Assembly (NCBI GenBank): GCA_963801935.1
Contig: CAWDHA010000014.1
Coordinates: forward strand, 6,608-70,607
From: an uncultured delta proteobacterium
GTDB lineage: Bacteria; Desulfobacterota; Binatia; UBA9968
DNA length: 64,000 nucleotides
Direction of reading: 5' to 3'
Positions 17,258 through 26,404 of this stretch are shown in pieces. Position numbers and translations under genes: made by a program. Each line of letters starts with the position of its first letter. The stretch's first letter is position 1. The notes beneath the pieces are model-generated. The model did not search any database and was not told the origin of the DNA. It worked only from the letters and a program-made list of their open reading frames with translations.

Positions 17258-20014
17258 ATGGCTCAATTGAAAGAACTACTGGCTGAGCGCCAGTCGGTGT
17301 GGCTCGACACTATCAGTCGCGGTTTGTTACAGAGCGGCGAGCTTAAACGCATGGTCGAGGAAGACGGCATACGCGGCGTTACCAGCAATCCGACAATCTT
17401 CGAGAAGGCGATCGGCGGCAGCGCGGATTACGACGATGCGCTCCGAGAGCTGCTGGCACAAGACCCGCACACGACCACCGGTGAGCTTTACGAGCCGCTC
17501 GCGATCGCGGACATCCAAGCGGCAGCGGACGTCTTGCGGCCGGTATACGACGAAACCGGCGGCGCTGACGGTTATGTCAGCTTAGAAGTATCGCCGCATC
17601 TGGCGCACGATACCGAGGGAACGATCGGCGAAGCCAGACGGCTGCGCAGCGCCGTGGCGCGGCAGAATCTCATGATCAAAGTGCCGGCGACAGCCCAGGG
17701 CATTCCCGCCATTGAGCAGCTCATCGCCGAAGGCGTCAGCGTCAACATCACCCTGATGTTTTCCATGGCGCACTACGAGGCGGTGGCGCGCGCCTATATC
17801 AAAGGTCTGGAGCGCGCCGCCGAGCCCGGCAAAGTTTCGTCGGTCGCGTCATTTTTCGTCAGCCGCGTGGACACCCTGGTGGACCGCGCTCTGGAAAATC
17901 TTGGCACGCCGCAAGCCAAGGCGTTGCAAGGCAAGATTGCCGTCGCCAATTCTAAATTGGTCTACCAGCGCTTCGAAGAGATTTTTCATGGCGAAGGCTT
18001 CGTCGCGCTGCGCCAACGGGGCGGGCGCGTGCAGCGTCCGCTGTGGGCGAGCACCGGCACCAAGAATCAGGCTTATTCCGATGTTCTTTACGTCGAACAT
18101 TTAATCGGTGGCGAAACCGTCAATACCGTGCCGCTGGAAACCTTGCGCGCTTTTCAAGATCACGGCCGGGTGGCGGGTCCAACCATCAAAGAAAACCTGC
18201 AGGAGGCGGCGGCCCTGCTCGAGCGTCTGCAATCGCTGGGCATCGATCTCAATCAAATCGCCGAGAAGCTGCAGCAGGATGGTGTCAAGGCGTTCGCCGA
18301 TTCTTTTGACCAGCTAATGGCCGCGCTCGAAAGAAAGCGCAGCGCTCTCAAGCCCGGCGAGCTGAACCAGCAGGAGCTCCATCTGGGCAAATTTCAAAAC
18401 CGGGTGAATCGGCGGCTGAAAGACTGGGAGGCGCAGCAAATCGGCGAGCGCATATGGAACAAAGATCCGTCGGTGTGGTCGGCAGAGCCCCAAGCCGAGC
18501 TGAGCGACCGCCTGGGTTGGCTCGAGTTGCCGGAGACAATGACGGCACAAGTGGACTCGCTGGCCGCGTGCGCTGAAAAAGCCAGAGCCGATGGCATGCG
18601 CCACGTTGTCCTCCTCGGCATGGGCGGATCGAGTCTCGCGCCTGAAGTGTTCCAGCAAACCTTCGGTAACCAGGAAGGCTATCCGAAACTGATGGTGCTT
18701 GACAGCACCCATCCCGGCGCCGTGCGCGCCGTCGAGTCACAGGTTGATCTCGGGCGCACGCTTTTTGTCGTCTCGAGCAAGTCCGGCACGACCACCGAGA
18801 CCAATTCCTTCTTCTTTTACTTTTGGGACAAGCTAAAGCAATTTAAAGAAGCGCCGGGTGGCCATTTCATCGCCATCACCGATCCCGGAACGCCGCTCGA
18901 AGCGCTGGCGCGCGAGCGCAAATTCCGCGCCACGTTTGCCGCGCCTGAGGAGGTTGGCGGGCGTTACTCCGCGCTCACGGTTTTTGGCCTGGTGCCGGCG
19001 GCTCTGATCGGCGTCGCAATCGGCGAGATTCTAACGCGCGCGCGCTGGATGAGCGAAGCCTGCGGCCCGGCAAAAACAGCAGCGAAAAATCCCGGGCTGA
19101 TCCTCGGCGCCGCGCTCGGCGAACTTGCGCTCGCCAAACGTGACAAAGTGACCTTCGTGTGTTCGCCGTCGCTCGCCGCGTTTCCTGCGTGGGCTGAACA
19201 GCTCATCGCCGAAAGCACCGGCAAGGATCGCAAAGGCATCGTGCCGGTAGCTACCGAGGATAGCGGCGCACCGGAGAAATACGCTGAGGACCGCTTGTTT
19301 GTCTACTTGAGACTTGAGGGCGACGCGAACCATGATTTGGACCGCCAGACAGCGGCGCTGCGCGCCAACGATCATCCGCTGGTGCGCATCGAGCTTAAGG
19401 ATAAATTGGATGTAGCTCAGGAATTTTTCCGCTGGGAATTCGCTGTCGCTGCCGCCGGCGCAGCGCTCGGAATTCATCCGTTCAATCAACCCGATGTCCA
19501 GTTGGCTAAAGATCTGGCGAAGAAAGCCATGGGCGACGCGGCTAAGAAGAGCGCTGCTAAACTGAAAGAAGAGATTTCGGCAACTGACCCGGAGCGCTTG
19601 CGCGACTCCTTGAATCAATGGATGAGCGGGCGCAAGCCGCGCGACTATCTGGTCATCCAGGCCTATGTCGCGCCGCTAGCGGAAAACCGCGCAGCTGTGC
19701 AAAACATTTCTAATGCGCTACGCGAGCGTCTCGGTATCGCTGCGACATTTGGCTTTGGTCCGCGCTTTCTCCATTCCACCGGACAACTCCACAAGGGCGG
19801 GCCGAACTCCGCGCTGGTGTTACAGATCGTTGACCAGCCGGCGGAAAATTTGGCGGTGCCGGAGACGAACTACACATTCGACTCACTGATCGAGGCGCAG
19901 GCGATCGGCGATTTGACCGCGCTCAAGCAACGGCGCCGGCGCGCGCTTCGAGTCAACCTCGGCAGCGATACATCGGCTGGTTTGGAACGCTTGGCGGCAG
20001 CTTTGCGCGACTAG
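17258..20014 (+). CDS. Bifunctional transaldolase / glucose-6-phosphate isomerase
   Basis: The N-terminal half carries SNPTIFEKA and MIKVPAT (transaldolase). The C-terminal half carries the SIS/PGI motifs [14 protein letters not shown] and [11 protein letters not shown]. Confidence 0.85.
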   Translation: MAQLKELLAERQSVWLDTISRGLLQSGELKRMVEEDGIRGVTSNPTIFEKAIGGSADYDDALRELLAQDPHTTTGELYEPLAIADIQAAADVLRPVYDETGGADGYVSLEVSPHLAHDTEGTIGEARRLRSAVARQNLMIKVPATAQGIPAIEQLIAEGVSVNITLMFSMAHYEAVARAYIKGLERAAEPGKVSSVASFFVSRVDTLVDRALENLGTPQAKALQGKIAVANSKLVYQRFEEIFHGEGFVALRQRGGRVQRPLWASTGTKNQAYSDVLYVEHLIGGETVNTVPLETLRAFQDHGRVAGPTIKENLQEAAALLERLQSLGIDLNQIAEKLQQDGVKAFADSFDQLMAALERKRSALKPGELNQQELHLGKFQNRVNRRLKDWEAQQIGERIWNKDPSVWSAEPQAELSDRLGWLELPETMTAQVDSLAACAEKARADGMRHVVLLGMGGSSLAPEVFQQTFGNQEGYPKLMVLDSTHPGAVRAVESQVDLGRTLFVVSSKSGTTTETNSFFFYFWDKLKQFKEAPGGHFIAITDPGTPLEALARERKFRATFAAPEEVGGRYSALTVFGLVPAALIGVAIGEILTRARWMSEACGPAKTAAKNPGLILGAALGELALAKRDKVTFVCSPSLAAFPAWAEQLIAESTGKDRKGIVPVATEDSGAPEKYAEDRLFVYLRLEGDANHDLDRQTAALRANDHPLVRIELKDKLDVAQEFFRWEFAVAAAGAALGIHPFNQPDVQLAKDLAKKAMGDAAKKSAAKLKEEISATDPERLRDSLNQWMSGRKPRDYLVIQAYVAPLAENRAAVQNISNALRERLGIAATFGFGPRFLHSTGQLHKGGPNSALVLQIVDQPAENLAVPETNYTFDSLIEAQAIGDLTALKQRRRRALRVNLGSDTSAGLERLAAALRD

Positions 20015-20043
20015 TTCGGCTTGGCCTGCGGGAGGAAAAAACT

Positions 20044-20940
20044 ATGGAACTCGGCATAATCGGTTTGGGCCGCATGGGCGCGAACATGACGGAACGTCTG
20101 CTCCTCGGCGGTCACCAGGTCGTGAGCTACGACCGTAGTCCCGAGGCGATTCAGCGGGTCGTCGATAAAGGCGCTAGCGGCGCGCACTCGCTGGCGGACT
20201 TTGTAAAGCAACTGAGCCCGCCGCGCGCTGTGTGGCTGATGGTGCCCTCGGGTAACCCGGTCGATCAGACCATCGAGCAGTTGCTGCCCAACTTGGTAAA
20301 GGGCGATGTCATCATCGATGGCGGCAATTCCTATTACAAAGATTCGATCCGTCGCGCGGAAAAGCTCAAAGGCCAGGGCATTTATTTCGTTGATGCCGGT
20401 ACCAGCGGCGGGATCTGGGGCTTGAAAGTCGGCTACTGCATGATGGTGGGTGGGGAAAAAGAAGTGGTGGCGCGGCTTGAGCCGATTTTTACAACGCTGG
20501 CTCCACCGGACGGTTATCTGCACGCCGGCCCCAGCGGCGCCGGCCATTTCGTCAAGATGATCCATAACGGCATCGAGTACGGCATGATGCAAGCCTACGG
20601 CGAAGGCTTCGAGTTGCTCAAAGCTTCGCAATTCGATGTCGACCTCGGCAAGGTTGCGCATCTGTGGAACCAGGGCAGCGTCGTCCGCTCGTGGCTCCTC
20701 GAACTCTGCGAAAGCGCGTTTACCAAAGACCCGCGGCTTGCAACCATCAAAGATTACGTCGAGGATTCCGGCGAGGGCCGCTGGACCGTCCAGGAAGCGG
20801 TAGAGAATTGCGTGCCTGTGCCGGTGCTGATGGCGTCGTTATTCGCCCGTTTCGCTTCGCGCCAGGAGCATTCGTTCTCGGCGAAAGTGGTCGCCGCGCT
20901 GCGTAACGAGTTTGGCGGGCACGCGGTCCGGAAGGAGTAG
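20044..20940 (+). CDS. gnd: 6-phosphogluconate dehydrogenase, decarboxylating (short form)
   Basis: MELGIIGLGRMGANM...HNGIEYGMMQAYGEG; 298 aa. Confidence 0.85.
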   Translation: MELGIIGLGRMGANMTERLLLGGHQVVSYDRSPEAIQRVVDKGASGAHSLADFVKQLSPPRAVWLMVPSGNPVDQTIEQLLPNLVKGDVIIDGGNSYYKDSIRRAEKLKGQGIYFVDAGTSGGIWGLKVGYCMMVGGEKEVVARLEPIFTTLAPPDGYLHAGPSGAGHFVKMIHNGIEYGMMQAYGEGFELLKASQFDVDLGKVAHLWNQGSVVRSWLLELCESAFTKDPRLATIKDYVEDSGEGRWTVQEAVENCVPVPVLMASLFARFASRQEHSFSAKVVAALRNEFGGHAVRKE

Positions 20941-20944
20941 GGCG

Positions 20945-22486
20945 ATGTACGGCGATCCGCTGGCCGCCGCGGCAACCGGCCCAAGCCAGGCACGGCGGCC
21001 GCACGCGGCCGTGCTGTCAATCTTCGGCGCGTCAGGGGATCTCACCAAGCGCAAGCTCATTCCCGCGCTTTACAACCTCGCCCGGGAGAATCGTTTACCG
21101 GAAAGCTTTGCCGTGGTCGGTTACGCGCGCAGCGAAATGACCCACGAAATTTTTCGCGACAAGATGCGCGATGCGGTGCGTGAGTTTTCGCGCACTGGCT
21201 TGGACGAGTCAGTGTGGGAAAGATTCGCCTCTACGCTCTATTTTATTCCCGGCAGTTATGATGAGCCGCAGGGCTACCAGGCGATGAAGTCGTTTATCGA
21301 CGACTTTGAGCGCGGCAGCGGCGTCCTGCCGGCGCGGATCTTCTATCTGGCGATCCCGCCGGATCTTTACGCCCCCGTGGTGCGCAATATCTCTGCCACC
21401 GGCCTCGCGCCGCGCGAAAGTGACGGTGATGCCAGAACCCGGGTGGTCATTGAAAAACCGTTCGGCACCGACTTGGGCAGCGCGCGCGAGCTCAACCGCA
21501 CGGTCCATGAAGTGCTCGACGAAAAACAAGTCTATCGAATCGATCATTATCTCGGCAAAGAGACGGTGCAGAATATTATGGTTTTTCGCTTTGCCAACTC
21601 GGTCTTCGAGCCGATCTGGAACCGAAGCTATATCGATCACGTGCAGATTACCGCGGCAGAAACCGTCGGCGTGGAAAGCCGCGGCGGCTACTACGAAAAG
21701 TCGGGTGTGGTGCGCGACATGTTCCAAAATCACCTGCTGCAGTTGCTGTGCTTGACGGCGATGGAACCGCCTGTCGGTTTTTCCGCGGATTCGGTGCGCG
21801 ATGAGAAAACCAAATTGCTGAGAGCAGTTCGTCCCGTGCCCTTCGATGAAGTCGGCGCGGCGGCGATACGCGGCCACTACGCACCGGGGCAAATCGACGG
21901 CAAAGAAGTTATCGGCTACAGGGAAGAGCCGGGTGTCGCCGGAGATTCAGCGACGGCGACGTACGCGGCGATCAAATACTTCATCGATAGCTGGCGCTGG
22001 GAGGGAGTGCCGTTTTACTTGCGTTCAGGCAAGCGGCTGGCCAAGCGCGTGACCGAGATCGCCATCCAGTTCAAACGCCCGCCCATGCTGATGTTCCGGG
22101 CGTGCCCGGTGGATGAAGTCAATCCCAACGTGCTGGTGCTGCGTATCCAGCCGGATGAGGGTATCGCATTAACCTTCGAAGTGAAGCCGCCCGGCCCGGC
22201 TATCTGCGTTAGCCCTATGAGCCTTGATTTTAGATACGACGAGGCCTTCGGCAGCAGCCCGCCGGAGGCTTACGAAACTCTCCTGGAAGATTGCATCGAG
22301 GGCGATTCGACTCTGTTCACGCGCAGCGATTGGGTGGAGTTGGCATGGTCACTCGTGGATCCCATTATTGTCGAGTGGGAGAACGATAAGCCGGTCGATT
22401 TACCGACCTACCCGGCGGGAAGCTGGGGACCACAAAAAGCCGATGAGTTCATGCAGCGCGACCGGCGGCGCTGGCGCCAGCCGTAG
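20945..22486 (+). CDS. zwf: Glucose-6-phosphate 1-dehydrogenase
   Basis: IFGASGDLTKRKL and RIDHYLGKE signatures. The ATG at 20945 lies just after the gnd stop, with GGAAGGAG upstream. Confidence 0.9.
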   Translation: MYGDPLAAAATGPSQARRPHAAVLSIFGASGDLTKRKLIPALYNLARENRLPESFAVVGYARSEMTHEIFRDKMRDAVREFSRTGLDESVWERFASTLYFIPGSYDEPQGYQAMKSFIDDFERGSGVLPARIFYLAIPPDLYAPVVRNISATGLAPRESDGDARTRVVIEKPFGTDLGSARELNRTVHEVLDEKQVYRIDHYLGKETVQNIMVFRFANSVFEPIWNRSYIDHVQITAAETVGVESRGGYYEKSGVVRDMFQNHLLQLLCLTAMEPPVGFSADSVRDEKTKLLRAVRPVPFDEVGAAAIRGHYAPGQIDGKEVIGYREEPGVAGDSATATYAAIKYFIDSWRWEGVPFYLRSGKRLAKRVTEIAIQFKRPPMLMFRACPVDEVNPNVLVLRIQPDEGIALTFEVKPPGPAICVSPMSLDFRYDEAFGSSPPEAYETLLEDCIEGDSTLFTRSDWVELAWSLVDPIIVEWENDKPVDLPTYPAGSWGPQKADEFMQRDRRRWRQP

Positions 22487-22619
22487 TACCGAAAACGAAT
22501 GGCATCAAGGGCAGGGAGTAAAGACGAAAAGACGAGATCCGGCACGCTTTGCGCTTGCGCTTAGCACTTTGCGAGTAACCGAGCGAAGCGGCTCGCTGCT
22601 CGATCTGCTTCGGTGAATA

Positions 22620-23620
22620 ATGCAGGCTAGCAACTTGATCCTGGCGGGAGACATCGGCGGAACGAAGACCCACATCGCGCTCTTCGCGCTCAACGGCGAC
22701 AAGCTCAAAGTCGAGGTCGAGAAAACTTTTGCGAGTAAGCAGTATTCCGGACTCGAATCTGTCTTGCAGGAATTTTTGGCAGCCCGCGACTACCGAGTCG
22801 GCAGCGCTTGTTTCGGCGTGGCCGGACCGGTCGTCGATGCCTCGGTCAAAACTCCTAATCTGCCGTGGTTCATCGACGGTGGGCAACTCGCGAAAGCGCT
22901 GAACCTACCATCTGTGGCTTTGCTGAACGATCTCGAAGCCGCCGCTCTGGGCATCTTTACTCTTGAGCCTCACGAGTTTCTTCTCTCAACCCGGGCAACG
23001 CTCGGCGGCCGGCCAACAAAGCGCTGATTGCCGCCGGTACCGGTCTGGGTGAAGCTCTGCTCTACGATGATGGCCGCCAATACCATGCGAGCGCGTCGGA
23101 AGGGGGGCACGGCGACTTTGCGCCGCGCGACGATGGCGAAATCGAGTTGCTACGCTACCTGATGCGCAAGTTCGGCCACGTAAGTTACGAGCGGGTGGTT
23201 TCCGGTCCCGGCATTGCGAACATCTATGAATTTCTCTGCGCCAGCGGCCGCTATGTCGAGCCGCCGGATTTTAAAGAAAAACTCGCGGCCAGCGCCGATC
23301 CGAGCGCGTTAATTTCTCAAGCCGCATTGGCCGGAGAACTTGAGATCTGCGTTAAAGCACTCGATCTGTTTGCGTCGATCTATGGCGCGGAGGCCGGCAA
23401 CCTTGCGCTCCGCGCCAAGGCGATCGCCGGCATCTATATCGGCGGCGGCATCGCGCCAAAGATACAGAAAAAACTCAACGACGGCTCGTTCATGCGCGCG
23501 TTTGTCGAGAAGGGCCGCTACCAAGAGTTTGTCTCGGCCATCCCGGTTTATCTCGTCTTGAACGAAAAAACCGCGCTCCAGGGGGCGGCTTACCACGCCG
23601 CGTTTCGTTCCCATGGCTGA
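22620..23620 (+). pseudogene. glk: Glucokinase, frame-broken by a 1-nt indel near 22975-22990
   Basis: The N-terminal part LAGDIGGTKTH... is in frame 0 and stops at 23025-23027. Homology continues in another frame (…LNPGNARRPANKALIAAGTGLGEA… then ORF 23147..23620). Confidence 0.75.
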
Positions 23621-24359
23621 GCGCGAAATCGCCATCTACCGTGATCTTGAAGAGCTCAGCCGAGATGCGGCTGAAAAGTTTATTGGCCTGGCCGAGCGGG
23701 CGATCCGAGATTCCGGACGCTTCAGCGTGGCGCTTTCCGGCGGCTCGACGCCGCAGACTCTTTACCAGCTTTTGGCCGAGCCGGCTTATTCGGAGCGATT
23801 GCCGTGGCAGCGCGTCCATTTTTTTTGGGGTGATGAACGCGCCGTGCCGCCGGATCATCCGGAGAGCAATTATGGCATGGCGCGAGCGTTGCTGCTGTCA
23901 AAAATTCCTTGCCCGGATGAGAATATCCATCGTATGGCCGGAGAAAAAGAACCAGAGCTTGCCGCTGCCGAGTACCAGAATACTTTGCAAGTTTTTTTTG
24001 GTCTTGCACCGGGTGCATGGCCGCGCTTGGACCTGATGCTTATGGGCATCGGCGAAGATGGCCACACGGTTTCGCTCTTTCCCGATAACGATGCGCTCGA
24101 AAATCGCCAGAATTTGGTTGTGGCACCCTATGTGAAGACCTTGAACTCCTACCGCTTGACCTTGACCTTACCGCTGATCAATCACGCCGCGAATATCTGG
24201 TTTCTGGTGGCGGGGGCGAGCAAAGCGGCCGTCTTGGGCCAAATACTGAAAGCCGACGGCGCTGCCAGCAAAATCCCCGCCGCGAGAGTCGATCCAATAA
24301 GTGGACATTTGGTGTGGTTGATTACGCAGGATGCTGCCGCCGGTTCGCCGTCCCGTTAA
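23613..24359 (+). CDS. pgl: 6-phosphogluconolactonase
   Basis: VALSGGSTP and FFWGDERAVP motifs. The gene overlaps the glk end by 8 nt. Confidence 0.85.
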   Translation: MAEREIAIYRDLEELSRDAAEKFIGLAERAIRDSGRFSVALSGGSTPQTLYQLLAEPAYSERLPWQRVHFFWGDERAVPPDHPESNYGMARALLLSKIPCPDENIHRMAGEKEPELAAAEYQNTLQVFFGLAPGAWPRLDLMLMGIGEDGHTVSLFPDNDALENRQNLVVAPYVKTLNSYRLTLTLPLINHAANIWFLVAGASKAAVLGQILKADGAASKIPAARVDPISGHLVWLITQDAAAGSPSR

Positions 24360-24361
24360 GC

Positions 24362-24697
24362 TCGGTTTTTTCCATCGCGAGAGTGGAATATCGGCCCGAG
24401 ATCGCGCGCCTAGCGTGGTCGGGACGGGTTGCCGATATAATTTCGAACGGTGGCATAACCGCTGTCGGACTGCCCGTGTCCTATCCTGCGAATGTCGATA
24501 AATCGCAAACGCGTGCTCTTGCCGAAGAGTGGGAGCAAAGCGGCGTAGAAGGCGTTGTTTGTCGCAGCTCGTCGATCCTCAAAAAAGGCGTTTCGGTTTG
24601 GCGCGGCAGCCATGAAGCCTGGAGCGAGATTGCCTTTTTTGTGAGCAATACTAAGATTAAACCACGACTTCTCTCGCGTTCTAGACTGTCTATTTGA
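24362..24697 (+). pseudogene. Possible N-terminally truncated RES-domain toxin remnant
   Basis: ...SQTRALAEEWEQSGVEGVVCRSSS...IAFFV resembles the C-terminal half of RES domains. There is no N-terminal Arg motif and no antitoxin gene upstream. Confidence 0.25.
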
Positions 24698-25274
24698 GCT
24701 TCTTGAGTTCGCTCAGAATCTGCTCGTTGCTAGGCCGCTGGCGATAATCGATTTCGACGAATTTCCAGCGCACCGTGCCCTGCTTGTCAATGACATAAGT
24801 CGCCGGATGGGGCCAGCCTTTGCCGTCACGAATGAGAATCCCGTAACGATCTATGACCTTGTGGTTCTGGTCCTCTAAGAACGGGAAATTGTAGTTGCCT
24901 GGGAATCGTTCCTGGAGCTTCTCGATGAACTTTCGCGTGTCCGCCTGGGTATCGACGCTCACCGCGAGAATCTCGGTATTTTCTTTTCCGAGGAGGTTTT
25001 TCAGCTCGCCGAGCTGTTGCGCGCAGTAGGGTCACCAGTGGCCGCGGTAAAAGACCAGGACAACGCTTTTCTTGCCGCGATAGTCGGAGAGCGAAATGTT
25101 TTTCCCGTCCTGGTTCTGCAGGGTGAAATCCGGCGCTGCGTGCCCAACTCTCACGCGCGCCAGATCGGTCGGTCCAAGTTCGGCGCCGTCCTTGGGCCCC
25201 CATTGGGCGAACGCTGGTATGAGGGCGATGAAAGATAAGGAGATCAGTGAAAATATTAAAGCCAGGCGATTCAT
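24690..25274 (-). CDS. Secreted peroxiredoxin-like (AhpC/TSA, PRX-like) selenoprotein with a UxxC motif
   Basis: ORFs 25032..25274 and 24690..24962 share one frame and are joined by TGA at 25032-25034: ...KSVVLVFYRGHW-[TGA]-PYCAQQLGELK.... The signal peptide is MNRLALIFSLISLSFIALIPAFA. Confidence 0.75.
25002..25016 (-). promoter_or_regulatory. Candidate bacterial SECIS hairpin
   Basis: On the mRNA, CAGCUC-GGC-GAGCUG starts 15 nt after the UGA. Confidence 0.4.
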
Positions 25275-25334
25275 TTTTTCACCTCGACTACTTAAACGTA
25301 GAACACTGCGGCACAGTTCCCGATGCCGAGTGAG

Positions 25335-26141
25335 CTATTTGCCGTCTGTTCTTCGACGCGCGGTCCGGGCGCGGAAGGCCCTGTATGAGACAGCGCGAAA
25401 AAAACCCGGAGCCAGCTGCTTTATCCAACACAGAAGCGCAAGCGAGCGCGGCCTGACGACTTCGAACTTCTTCGCTTCGATGGCGCGCAGGACGAGGCGG
25501 GATATGAGCTCGGGTTCTAGCACCAAGAAGGCCGGGGATTTCGGTGGATCGTCGACAAATGCCCGGTTGAAGTCCGTTCTGACCGGCCCTGGACAAATCA
25601 CCGAAACGTGAATCCCATGAGGTTTGACCTCGTGATAGAGACTCTCGGAAAATCCGTTCATGGCAAACTTGGAGGCGCAGTAGCCGGACATATTGACGAC
25701 GCCAACGATACCGGCAACGGAGGAGATATTGACGATGTCCCCGGAGCGGCGGGCGATCATCGACGGCAGGACTGCATGGGTGCAATAAATCATGCCCAGG
25801 TAATTGGTACGCATGATCGCTTCGATGGTTTCAATCGGAGTTTCGGCAAACGGCTGGCGCATGCCGAAGCCGGCATTGTTGATCAAGATATCAACCCTAC
25901 CGAAGTCTGCTATGACTTTGTTGATCATGTCTTGAACCTGCTCGCGGCTGCCGACGTCGCAGGTGATCATCTTCGACGAGCCGCTTATGGCGCGAATTTC
26001 ATTCAGCGTTTGATCCAGCGGCTCTTTGGAACGGCCGCAGCCGATGACGACAGCGCCCGCCTTCGCAAAATCGCGAGCAAGGCAGCGGCCGATGCCGCTC
26101 GACGCGCCGGTAATAAGGACAATTTGGTTTTCAAAGTTCAT
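25335..26141 (-). CDS. Short-chain dehydrogenase/reductase
   Basis: TGASSGIGR cofactor motif and YCASKFA (YxxxK). Confidence 0.85.
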   Translation of the reverse strand: MNFENQIVLITGASSGIGRCLARDFAKAGAVVIGCGRSKEPLDQTLNEIRAISGSSKMITCDVGSREQVQDMINKVIADFGRVDILINNAGFGMRQPFAETPIETIEAIMRTNYLGMIYCTHAVLPSMIARRSGDIVNISSVAGIVGVVNMSGYCASKFAMNGFSESLYHEVKPHGIHVSVICPGPVRTDFNRAFVDDPPKSPAFLVLEPELISRLVLRAIEAKKFEVVRPRSLALLCWIKQLAPGFFRAVSYRAFRARTARRRTDGK

Positions 26142-26179
26142 AGAGCGAAACCCTGTCGCGACGCGCGCAGCTCCGATGA

Positions 26180-26345
26180 TGTCATGCTGAGCAACAGACT
26201 GTGTGAAAACCCCCGCTCACAGTTCGACGGGCTCACCATGAGCGGTTCCTGCTTTCAACCAATTCAGCAACTTCCGTTCGCCCTGAGCTTCGTCGAAGGT
26301 CTCCTAACAGTCTTCACACAGTCTGACGAGAGCGAAGCATCTCGG
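26180..26345. repeat. Intergenic palindromic element with CAGACTGTGTGAA termini
   Basis: CAGACTGTGTGAAAAC...GTCTTCACACAGTCTG flanks a core of CAGTTCGACGGGCTCACCATGAGCGG...CCGTTCGCCCTGAGCTTCGTCGAAGG. It is related to 1406-1490. Confidence 0.65.
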
Positions 26346-26404
26346 ATTCTGATTGGCTGGTACGCTAACGCGCTTCATGCTATTCAGGTAGAAATTATCT
26401 TCCA

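Noticed and set aside
23025-23027. The premature TGA in glk as a third selenocysteine codon.
   Set aside because: Downstream homology continues in a different reading frame, so this is a frameshift rather than read-through. No redox motif surrounds the codon.
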